DNA from: an uncultured delta proteobacterium
GTDB lineage: Bacteria > Desulfobacterota > Binatia > Binatales > Binataceae
Assembly (NCBI GenBank): GCA_963850125.1
Contig: CAWKKB010000011.1
Coordinates: 92,993 to 156,992, forward strand
DNA length: 64,000 nt
Direction: 5' to 3'
Under the pieces are notes generated by a model that was not told the DNA's origin, made no database searches, and saw nothing but the letters and a program-made list of their open reading frames with translations. Positions 17,982 to 28,100 of the stretch are shown here, piece after piece. A program made the position numbers and the translations under genes. Position 1 is the first letter of the stretch. Every line of letters begins with the position of its first letter.

Positions 17982-18396
17982 AAACTACGCCAGAGCACGT
18001 GGCCAGATCGGCGATTTTGACCGAATGCACGCGTGGCATTACGGCGACGGAGGATTTGATCGTCGCTCAAACGCAGTACCGATTAGCGTCGCAAAGAATG
18101 ACTAGGGAGGAAGGCCAGGACCGGTACGGCAGCCTAGGAATGACGTTCGAGCATTTCTTGTTAGTGCTAACATCGGTCCGGCTTGACATTGCATTCAGGA
18201 ACTAAGCTGTCTCGGAAGCTTGTTGAACTGTACGTGACAGGCTAATCAGCGCGAGCGCGCCAAGAATGAGTAGTAAACGTCAGTTGCTATTCATCAAATG
18301 ACTATTCTTCGACGAACGTGGGAATAGCCACTTGATATATAGCCTCGCTTTAGGGTCGAACGAATTGACTATTCAACCAAGAAATCGTCGAACTTT

Positions 18397-18468
18397 CTAA
18401 AGACCGCGAACGAGCCAGACGACGATCAGGATTACAACGATGGTTCCAAGAGAGATGGGTAGATACAT
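18397..18468 (-). CDS. Candidate 23-aa hydrophobic micro-ORF
   Basis: ATG TAT CTA CCC ... TAG encodes MYLPISLGTIVVILIVVWLVRGL. GAGG lies 5 nt upstream of the ATG. Too short for the ORF track and no other support. Confidence 0.2.
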   Translation of the reverse strand: MYLPISLGTIVVILIVVWLVRGL

Positions 18469-18505
18469 AACGGCCTCGACGGGCCTTCACTTCCGGTGCT
18501 TGGGG

Positions 18506-18621
18506 GTTGGTCTAGCGCAGCGTGGCCGAAGGCGAGTGAAAGAGCCATCGTTGGGCGGGATCAAATTCGGACTGCGATTCCTATGTCGATCCGACTTCCC
18601 CAGACTACATTCGACCTGATG
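18506..18621. repeat. Arm B of the imperfect inverted duplication
   Basis: Reverse complement matches 17614-17730. Identical blocks: CGATTCCTATGTCGATCC (18575-18592) and GTTGGTCTAGCG (18506-18517). Confidence 0.75.
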
Positions 18622-18762
18622 TGAAAAGCCATGGTAAGACGCCCTTAATGGTTATCTGAATAACGAAGACGAACGACTTGAACCTGTATATTCAGCGACT
18701 CACTGCTATAGTCAGTGATCCACAACAGTTTAGTAACTGAACAGACTAAGGAGATTACTAAT

Positions 18763-19314
18763 ATGAACGTTAAATCGACCGCCGCACTTCTAGCACTAGT
18801 TACCGCACTTAGTATTCCACAATTCGCCTCGGCTACATCGAGAAATGCGACGACGATGCTGAACGGTGCGAATCAAATGAACGGTGAGCAACAGGACGCG
18901 GCGGCAATGCTTCGCAGCAAAGCCGGCGACAATCAAGCAATGATCACGATGGCGGATACGATGAGCGGCAACGCCAAGGCCAACCAGGAGGCAGTGAAGG
19001 CGCTCGCGGATTCGCGGAAGATCACGTTGACGGCATACAAGAAGGATACCGCTGCAAGCGACGAGATGTCGAAATTAAATGGCGCGAAGTTCAATTCGGC
19101 TTTCTTTGCGAAGTCGGTCCGTGACCAAAAGGGCGCGATCGAAGCATTCAAGACCGCCAGACACGGTTTCCGTAACGATCATGATATGCAGCTCTACATC
19201 GACCAGACATTGCCGATCCTGAGGGCGAATCTTTCAATGACCGAGAACCTTCAGCATCACTCGGCGCAGGGCAGCACCCAGAATCCGGCGAACAATCGCA
19301 CCAGCATGAAGTAA
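18763..19314 (+). CDS. DUF4142-like secreted protein
   Basis: ATG at 18763 preceded by AAGGAG. Signal peptide MNVKSTAALLALVTALSIPQFASA. C-terminal half (LNGAKFNSAFFAKSVRDQKGAIEAFK...MQLYIDQTLPILRANL) fits the DUF4142 helical repeat pattern. Confidence 0.7.
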   Translation: MNVKSTAALLALVTALSIPQFASATSRNATTMLNGANQMNGEQQDAAAMLRSKAGDNQAMITMADTMSGNAKANQEAVKALADSRKITLTAYKKDTAASDEMSKLNGAKFNSAFFAKSVRDQKGAIEAFKTARHGFRNDHDMQLYIDQTLPILRANLSMTENLQHHSAQGSTQNPANNRTSMK

Positions 19315-19722
19315 GTGACGTCGGAAATTGTACAGCTCGATCTTGAGGGGCGCCGCAAACAGCGGGTGGCGTCCGAGATCATCGACTTGTTGTACTTTTA
19401 CAAAACCGGAGTGGGTAGGCCACGGGATATAGTCACGAAGATGCGATTCATAATCGAGACTTACTGCACTGTGGCATACCCCGGTTTCTTCGGTTCGGAG
19501 GACACGCTGTCGAGCATCATCGAGAAAATTCGCAATACGGGCGAACAGCATCCTGCTTGCGCACTTCTCGATGAGCTCGACGACATCCACGATTACTCGC
19601 GGGACTACCTTTGCGGTGATGATCCCGCTGGCTACGCCGTCGAGGTCTTCGACGTCAAGCAGCTTACCGGCTTCGTGCGGCGTACCTTGAAGATCGTTAA
19701 CGCGATACCTAATCTGCCTTGA
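19315..19722 (+). pseudogene. Probable 3' fragment of a larger gene (C-terminal region reminiscent of AAA_13/RloA-type ATPases)
   Basis: ORF begins with GTG immediately after the TAA of the preceding gene, with no RBS. KMRFIIETYC...IIEKIRNTGEQHP...LDELDDIHDYSRDYL resembles by eye the C-terminal tails of AAA_13-family proteins. The call is weak. Confidence 0.35.
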
Positions 19723-19850
19723 GCCGATTTGCGCGCGGAAGCATCACGCATCACGTTCGAACTCTTCGCGATCTCCGATAACGCTTCAGGCCCCAAATAT
19801 TGTAGGCTCGGGTTTCGCGCTGCCGGCTGGACGGCCGGGCGAACACGCGG

Positions 19851-20771
19851 ATGGAGGCTCCCATGGAGCGTCAATTCAATCGAACCGCAGAAGACCTCGG
19901 CAATATCGTCGCGCTGGAACACGTCAACGTAACGGTCCCCGACCAGCAACAGGCGACCATCTTTTACGTTGCCGGTCTGGGTCTGACCCGCGATCCCTTT
20001 TTAATGACGGGGCCGACCAACATGTGGGTCAACGTCGGACGCAGCCAGTTCCATCTGCCTACCAGCCGGGCGCAGGTTCTCCGCGGGCACACCGGAATCG
20101 TGGTGCCCAATCGCGAGGCGCTGGTTCGCCGCCTCGACCGAACTCGCAAACGGCTCGAGGGGACGTGCTTCGATTTCACGGAGCACGAAGAATTCGTCGA
20201 GGCCGTCTGTCCGTGGGGAAATCGCATCCGATGCTACGCGCCCGATGAACGCTTCGGCCGAATCACGCTCGGAATCGCCTACGTCGAATTCGACGTGCCT
20301 AACGGTGCCGCCGACGGGATCGCGCGATTCTACCGCAACGTGATGGGTGCCAGGGCCGCGGCATCAGTCGAAGCTGCCGGTAAAGGAGCAAAGGATGACA
20401 ACGAAAACAGTCGAACGGCGCGAGTCGAAGTCGGCATCGGACAGTATCTGGTGTTCCGCGAAACCGACCGTGAGATCCCTCCCTACGACGGCCATCACGT
20501 TCAGATTTACGTCGCGGATTTTTCCGGCCCGCACGCCAAGTTGCTCGACAAGGGACTCATCTCGGAAGAAAGCGATCAGCATCAGTATCGATTCAAGGAT
20601 CTCGCCGATCCTGAAACCGGCGAGACCCTGTTCACCATTGAGCACGAGGTGCGCAGCATGCGGCATCCGCTTTTCATGAGGCCGCTGGTCAATCGCAATC
20701 CGTCGCAGAACAACATCAACTATGCGCCGGGTTACGACGCCTGGATTCCCGGCATGACGGCGCAAGATTGA
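19851..20771 (+). CDS. Two-domain VOC (glyoxalase/extradiol dioxygenase-fold)-like protein
   Basis: 306 aa. LEHVNVTVPDQQQATIFYVAGLGLTRDP is a typical VOC beta-alpha-beta-beta-beta start, and a second module begins around IAYVEFDVPNGAADGIARFY. Function not assignable. Confidence 0.6.
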   Translation: MEAPMERQFNRTAEDLGNIVALEHVNVTVPDQQQATIFYVAGLGLTRDPFLMTGPTNMWVNVGRSQFHLPTSRAQVLRGHTGIVVPNREALVRRLDRTRKRLEGTCFDFTEHEEFVEAVCPWGNRIRCYAPDERFGRITLGIAYVEFDVPNGAADGIARFYRNVMGARAAASVEAAGKGAKDDNENSRTARVEVGIGQYLVFRETDREIPPYDGHHVQIYVADFSGPHAKLLDKGLISEESDQHQYRFKDLADPETGETLFTIEHEVRSMRHPLFMRPLVNRNPSQNNINYAPGYDAWIPGMTAQD

Positions 20772-20786
20772 GGGCGGGCCAAGCCA

Positions 20787-21977
20787 ATGAATCAACTTCA
20801 TACGGCGCGGGAGCAGCGCTTCCTCGATATGGCGGGCGAAATGGGCGACGACTTCGCCAAGCGCGCCGCGATTCACGATGAGGAAGGATCGTTTCCGTTC
20901 GAGAACTACGAACGACTGAAGGAGAGCGGCTACACGCGGCTGATCATTCCCGAAAGCCTCGGCGGGCTGGGCGCCACGATGCTCGAGCGAATCAAGGCGC
21001 AGGAACGTCTGGCGCAAGGATGCGGTGCGACGGCGCTGGCAATCAACATGCACTTCAACACCGTCGGGCTGCTGGTCGATTTGTATCGCAAGTTCAAAGC
21101 ATCGAATGTCGAGCACAAGCTGCGCCGAATAGCGGCCGAGCGCCTTATATGCGGCGGCTCCGGCTCGGAGCCCGACAACGCGATCATTGCGCTGCGACCG
21201 CGCACGCAAGCGCGGCGGGTCGATGGCGGTTGGCTGGTCAACGGCCGCAAGATATTCGGCACTCAGAGTGTGGCAATCGACCATTTCTTTTTCGAGGCCA
21301 CCTGCGAGGAAGGACCGCACGGGCCCACGATAATCACGTGCTTCATTTCTCCGCGCGACACACCGGGCCTCAATTTCAAGGACGACTGGCATGTGATGGG
21401 GATGCGGGCGACCGCGTCGCGCAGCTCAGAGTTGAAGGACGCGTTCGTACCCGACTCAGACGTGGTTCTGCAGCGGCGGGTCTCCAAGAGCGGACGCATC
21501 ACCAAGGTGTTTGCTAAGGCACCATTCACGATTGGCGCGCCGTACATCGGAATCGCCCTTTCCGCGCGCAATTTCACAGTCGAGTTCATGCGGGAGCGGA
21601 CGCGCTTCCCGCTCAAAAATCCGATGAGTCATCTGCCGGCCGTTTACAACAAAGTCGGCGAGATGGACTTGCTTATAGAAGGTGCGCGGGCCGCGATGTG
21701 GAAGGCGGCGGCGGAAGTGGACGCCGACGATCCCGCGAGCTGGTCGCGCAAGGCTGTCGCCGCGCGGATGATCGCGGTCGAGAATTCGGTTCGCGTGGTG
21801 GACCTGGCGCTTCGTGCCGTCGGCGGATCGTCGTATTTTAAGCGGCTCCCGCTCGAACGGCTATTCCGCGACGTTCGCGCCGGCCTGTACCATCCTTTCG
21901 ACAGCGACGAGACGCTGGAATTTCTCGGCAAGAGTGCATTCGGAATTCCACTCTTCGACGGCCTCGACCCGCTCTGA
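20787..21977 (+). CDS. Acyl-CoA dehydrogenase family protein
   Basis: 396 aa. N-terminal alpha domain, middle beta domain (...WLVNGRKIFGT...) and C-terminal helical domain with RLFRDVRAGLYHP. Confidence 0.9.
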   Translation: MNQLHTAREQRFLDMAGEMGDDFAKRAAIHDEEGSFPFENYERLKESGYTRLIIPESLGGLGATMLERIKAQERLAQGCGATALAINMHFNTVGLLVDLYRKFKASNVEHKLRRIAAERLICGGSGSEPDNAIIALRPRTQARRVDGGWLVNGRKIFGTQSVAIDHFFFEATCEEGPHGPTIITCFISPRDTPGLNFKDDWHVMGMRATASRSSELKDAFVPDSDVVLQRRVSKSGRITKVFAKAPFTIGAPYIGIALSARNFTVEFMRERTRFPLKNPMSHLPAVYNKVGEMDLLIEGARAAMWKAAAEVDADDPASWSRKAVAARMIAVENSVRVVDLALRAVGGSSYFKRLPLERLFRDVRAGLYHPFDSDETLEFLGKSAFGIPLFDGLDPL

Positions 21978-22162
21978 CGCATCGAGCGCCGGTGACCGAG
22001 CGACGAGATATCGAATTTCGCACCAATGCTTGGCGCTCGCGTTCTGATAGTGTGATGGACGGGCGGCGCGGGAAGGCGACCGTCCACGTCATAGCCCGCA
22101 TTGTTGGCGTAAGCTCGCTCTAATTCATCCCCGTAGCCGGCCGTCCGGATCGAGAGGCAAGT

Positions 22163-25100
22163 TTGAGTCTGGCATTTCTCCGTGCGCCTAAAGCACCGCC
22201 GTCCGGTTTCGCGCATGTCGAAGAGCCGATCCGCGCCGAACTGTTCAGCGTCGAGCGCCTGGAACAGCATGGCGAGACGCTGGCGGTTGCGCAGCGCGTA
22301 ACGGACTCTCCGGAGGGCGGCAGGCCGATAGTGGCGCGCGTCCGGGAAAACGGACGGGTACTGCTCGAGGCGTATCGGAGTATCGCGGTCGCGATTCGAG
22401 AGGAGCGCGCGATCACGCCTGCGGCGGAATGGCTGGTCGACAATTTTCACGTGGTCGAAGAGCAGATTCGCGAAATTCGCGACGACCTGCCGCGCGGATT
22501 CTACCGGCAACTGCCCAAACTCGCAGACGGCCCGCTGGAAGGGTATCCGCGCGTGTTCGGAATCGCGTGGGCCTACGTCGCGCATACCGACAGTCACTTC
22601 GATACGCAGACGCTCGCGAGGTTTGTGCAGGCTTACCAGCGGGTGCAGCCGCTGACGATAGGCGAGCTGTGGGCGGTGGCGATCACGCTTCGAATCGTCC
22701 TGGTCGAAAATTTGCGGCGCGCGGCCGAGCAGATTGGCCGCGGCCGTGCGCAACGCCAGGCGGCGGACACACTCGCGGACCGGCTGTTGGGATCGAATGG
22801 CCGCGACCCGGAACCGGCGGAGGCCGTGTTCAAGGATTTCGATCAGTCCCCGATTGCGGCGGCGTTCGCGGTCGAGATGGTTCAACGTCTGCGCGATCAG
22901 GATTCCAAGGTGACGCCTGCGCTGAATTGGCTCGACCAGCGGCTGGCGGCGGAGGGAACCACGGCCGAAGAGATCGTGCGCCAGGTGCATCAGGGGCAGG
23001 GCGCGATGAACGTGACGGTGCGCAACGTCATCACCAGCATGCGTCTGATGTCCGCGGTCGATTGGGCGGATTTCTTCGAGAGCGTGAGCCAGGTCGATGC
23101 GGTGCTGCGCGCCGACAGCGACTTCGCCGCGATGGATTTTGCCACGCGCGATCGCTATCGGCATGCGATCGAGAAACTCGCGTTAGGATCGGGGCATACC
23201 GAAATCGAGGTCGCACAGAGCGCGATTGATTCGGCGAAGAGTGCGGCGGCTGAAAAGCCAAACGGCGACGGTGTGATCGCGCGTCGGGAGCATCATCCGG
23301 GCTACTACCTGATTTCAGAGGGGCGTCATCAGCTCGAAGAGAAACTGGGATTTCATGCGCCGCTTCGCGACTGGATTGCTCGCGCCAACGCAGCCGCTGG
23401 AATCAAGGGGTACCTCGGAACAATCGCAGTGGTGACCGCACTAATCGTCGCATGCGGCCTGATCGCGATCGCGGACGCCCGCATCGGTGGATGGACCCGG
23501 TTCATTCTCGCGATGCTCGCGATAATTCCGGCGATGGATGCAGCGGTAGCGATCGTAAATCGCGCCGTCACGACGGTTATCGGCCCGGCCTTGATTCCCG
23601 CGCTCGAACTTCACGATGGCGTGCCGCCGAGTCTGCGCACAATAGTCGTGATGCCGACTCTGTTGACTACGGGCGCCGAGATCGATGAGCAAATCGAGCG
23701 ACTCGAGGTTCATTACCTGGCGAGTCCGGACGGAGAGCTGTACTTCGCGCTCTTGTCGGACTGGACCGACTCGGCGACAGAAACAGCGCTCGGCGACGAC
23801 GACCTGCTCGCGGCAGCGGCGGCGGGAATCGCGCAGCTGAATCATCGTCACGGACCGGGACCGGCTGGCGCGCGATTTTTGTTGCTCCATCGCCGACGCG
23901 TCTGGGACGCGGCTGAAGGCGTCTGGATGGGTCACGAGCGCAAACGCGGCAAGCTGCACGAGCTCAATCGCCTTCTGCGTGGCGGAACTGATACGACCTT
24001 CGTCGCATCGGACGGGCATGCGCCGGCAGTCCCCGACGGTGTGCGTTACGTGATCACGCTCGACGCCGACACACGTCTGCCGCGCGGCGCCGCGAAGCGG
24101 ATGGTCGGCAAGATGGCGCATCCGCTGAACGCTCCACTATTCGACCAGCACCTTGGCCGCGTGGTCGAAGGTCACGGACTTCTTCAGCCGCGAATCACTG
24201 CGTCGCTGCCGACCGGGCGCGACGGATCGGTTTTCCAGCGCGTGTTCTCGAGCGCCGCGGGAATCGACCCGTACGCGTTCGCCGTCTCCGACGTCTACCA
24301 GGATCTTCTCGATGAAGGTTCTTACAGTGGCAAAGGGATTTACGATGTGGACGTGTTCGAAGCCGCGCTTGCGGGCCGTGTTCCCGACGACACGCTCCTG
24401 AGCCACGATCTTTTCGAAGGAACTTTCGCGCGCTCGGGATTGGCCTCTGACATCGAGCTGGTCGAAGAGTTTCCGTCGCGCTACGACGTTGCCGCCGCCA
24501 GACAGCATCGATGGGCCCGGGGCGACTGGCAACTGCTCCCGTGGATTCTCGGCCGCGCCCACGCTTCCAACGCTGACCCGGCTGGCTTGCAACCGCGTGA
24601 CGGCCGATCGTCGATGCCGGCGCTCGGGCGCTGGAAAATGATCGACAACCTGCGCCGCACGCTGTCGGCACCAATGACGCTGCTGGCGTTGATCGCGGGA
24701 TGGACCTTGCCGCCGGCAGGCGCTGCGATGTGGACCGCGTTCATTGTCGCGACGATCGCGACGGCGCCGATGCTCCCGTTCGTGACCGGAATCATCCCGC
24801 GGCGCCGCGACATCTCCAAGCGCAGCCACATCCTCGCGGTCGGTAAGGATTTGATGTCGGGAATGTCGCAGCTCGCGATGATGCTGACGCTGCTCGCGCA
24901 TCAGGCGTGGCTGATGAGCGACGCAATCTCGCGAACGCTCTACCGCCTGTACGTGAGCCATCGGCTGATGCTCGAGTGGACGACCGCAGCGAAGGCGAAG
25001 CGGACCCGCCGTCTCGACGTTCGCGGGTTTTACGCGACGATGGCCGGGGCGATCGTGCTGACAGCGGTGGCGGCGGTCTTCGTCGAGTTCAAGGGGCACG

Positions 25101-28100
25101 GCGGCGCAATGGTTGCGGCGCCGTTTGTGATCTTGTGGATGCTGTCACCGGCAATCGCCCGATGGGCTAGTTTGCCGCCGCCCAGCGCGGGTGCAAAGCC
25201 GCTATCGCCGGCCGACACGATGACCCTTCGCCTGACCGCGCGGCGGACGTGGCGATTTTTCGAGAAGTTCGTGACGGCGGAAGACAACATGCTGCCGCCG
25301 GACAATTTTCAGGAAGACCCGAAGCCGGTGCTGGCGCATCGGACGTCGCCGACTAACATCGGCCTGTATCTGCTGTCGGTCGTCGCGGCTCACGATTTCG
25401 GCTGGATCGGAACGCATGAGACCATCGAGCGGCTGAGCGCGACGCTCGACACGATGAAGCGGATGGAACTCTTCCGCGGGCATTTCTACAACTGGTACGG
25501 CACGCGCGACTTGCGGCCGCTGGATCCGAAATACGTGTCGTCGGTGGACAGCGGCAACCTGGCGGGACATCTGATCGCGCTCGGCAACGCATTGCGCGAG
25601 ATGATCGCGCGGCCGGTGGTGGACCGACAGTGGCTTAACGGGGTCGAAGATTCGATCGCGCTCCTGCGCGAGTCGGTGGGTGCTTTGCGCGACGACCAGC
25701 GCAGCCACACCGTCACGCCAAAGCAGCTCGAGGAAGCCCTCGGCACCATGGCGCCGCTGATCCCGTCGAATCCGCATAGCGTGTCAGAGTTGCGTGCATG
25801 GCTCGAGGAACTCGCGGCTGACAGCGATTCAATCGCCGACATAGCGCGCGCATTGAAGCTCGAGCGCGACGACCCGGCAGCCGACGACGTGCTCGGATGG
25901 GCTGAGGCGCTGCGCGCGTGCATCGGCAGTCATCAACGCGACGCCGAATTGTTGCAGCCGTTGGCAACCGATGGGCAGACGCCCGAATCAATACCGAAGC
26001 TGGGCGACCTCGCGGACCTATATAGTGATGCCGCTAGCGTACGGGCGGGCGAGGCGGCCAGAGCGCTCGAGCGGCGCATCACGGAGCTCGCCGCGACCGC
26101 GGGCAAGATGTTCGACGCGATGAAGTTCGACTTCCTGCTCGATCCAGCGCGGCAACTTCTTTCGATTGGTTACCGCGTCTCTGGCGGGAGTCTCGATCCA
26201 AATTGTTACGACCTGCTTGCTTCGGAGGCGCGGCTCGCAAGTTTCGTCGCAATCGCGAAGGGTGAAGTTGCCGCGCGGCACTGGTTCCGGCTGGGACGTG
26301 CGATGACGCCGGTCGATCGCGGTTCGGCCCTGATTTCGTGGTCGGGATCGATGTTCGAGTACCTGATGCCGTCGCTGGTGATGCGCGCCCCGGTCGGCAG
26401 CCTGCTCGAGCAGACCAATCGGCTGGTGGTGCGCCGGCAGATGAAGTACGGCGCCGAGCTTGGAATTCCGTGGGGAGTCTCGGAGTCCGCATACAACGCA
26501 CGCGACCTCGAGCTCACTTATCAGTACTCGAATTTCGGCGTGCCCGGACTCGGACTGAAGCGCGGGCTGAGCGAGAATGCGGTTATCGCACCGTACGCGA
26601 CGGCGCTGGCGGCGATGGTCGATCCAGAGGCTGCGGCGCAGAACTTCTCGCGGCTGCTCGATGCTGGTGGCCTCGGCCACTTCGGCTGGTACGAGGCGCT
26701 CGACTACACGCCGTCGCGCGTGCCGGAAGGCGAGAGCGTCGCAGTGGTTCGCGCATACATGGCGCATCACCAGGGCATGACGCTGGTCGCAATCGCCGAC
26801 GCGCTGAACCGCGGCGCGATGCGTGCGCGATTTCATGCCGAGCCGATCATCCAGGCGACCGAGCTGCTGCTGCAGGAGCGGACGCCGCGCGACGTAGCGG
26901 TGGCGCGTCCGCGGGCCGAAGAGGTCAAGGCGGAAGCCAACGTTCGCGAGAGCACTCCGCCGACCGTCCGCCGCTTCCATTCGCCGCACGATCTGATCCC
27001 GCGCACGCACCTGCTATCCAACGGCAACTACACCGTGATGATCACCGCAGCGGGCTCGGGCTTCAGCCGCTGGCGTGAGATGGCGGTTACGCGATGGCGC
27101 GAAGACGTCACCTGCGATTCGTGGGGAACGTACATTTTCATTCGCGACGTGCACAGCGGCAAGGTCTGGTCGGCAGGCTTCCAGCCAGCCGGGGTCGAAG
27201 CGGACAGCTACGAAGTCGAGTTCTCCGAGGATCGCGCGGAAATCGTGCGGCGCGACGGCACCATGACGACGACGCTCGAAGTCGCGGTGTCGGCCGAGGA
27301 CGACGCCGAAGTCCGCCGCGTTTCGATTACCAATCTCGGCAGCCGCGTGCGCGAGGTTGAGCTGACCTCGTACGCGGAAATCGTGCTGGCGACCGAGGCC
27401 TCCGACACTGCGCATCCGGCCTTCTCCAAGATGTTCGTGCAGACGGAGTTCGACCCCGAGGTTGGCGCGATTCTGGCCACGCGGCGGCTCCGCTCGCCTG
27501 CCGACGCGCCGGTTTGGGCTACGCACCTGGCCGTGGCCGAGGGCGAGTCGGTGGGCGAGATGCAGTTCGAGACTGACCGCGCGCGATTTCTCGGTCGCGG
27601 GCGCAACCTCCGCGACGCCGTTTCGGTGATCGATGGACGGCCGCTCTCGGATACTGTCGGCACCGTGCTGGATCCGATTTTCAGCGTTCGACGGCGGATG
27701 CGCATCCCGGCTGGAGCGACGGCGCGCGTCGCGTTCTGGACTATCGTCGCGCCGTCGCGAAGCGAAGCGCTGGACCTGGTCGATAAACATCGCGACTCCA
27801 ACGCCTTCGAACGCGCGGTGACGCTGGCGTGGACGCAAGCGCAAGTACAATTGCATCATCTGCGGGTTGACGCCGACGAAGCGCATCTCTTTCAGCGCAT
27901 CGCCAATCGCGTGCTGTATTCGGACCCTACATTGCGCCCTTCCTCCGACCTGCTGCGGCGCGGCGAGGGCGGACAATCGAAGCTGTGGCCGGCCGGGATT
28001 TCCGGCGACTTGCCCATCGTGCTCGTGCGAATCGACGAGACCGAAGATCTTGAGATCGTGCGCGAGCTGGTGCGGGCGCATGAGTATTGGCGGATGAAGC

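Noticed and set aside
18285-18375. Short repeated words CTATTC / AATGACTATTC / AATTGACTATTC and a CTATTC...GAATAG 6-bp inverted repeat between the convergent small ORFs
   Set aside because: Too short and AT-rich to distinguish from chance in a low-GC spacer. No flanking T-run to call a terminator.
20364-21392. 342-aa minus-strand ORF over the VOC-like 3' end and the ACAD gene; similar cases at 32577-33713 (+), 59369-60073 (+), 60829-61449 (+), 62754-63449 (+)
   Set aside because: Antisense to confidently identified enzymes. Shadow ORFs.
21644-23164. 506-aa minus-strand ORF spanning the ACAD 3' end, the intergenic region and the cgs 5' end
   Set aside because: Extremely Arg-rich, antisense to two well-supported genes, no family resemblance. 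High-GC antisense artefact.
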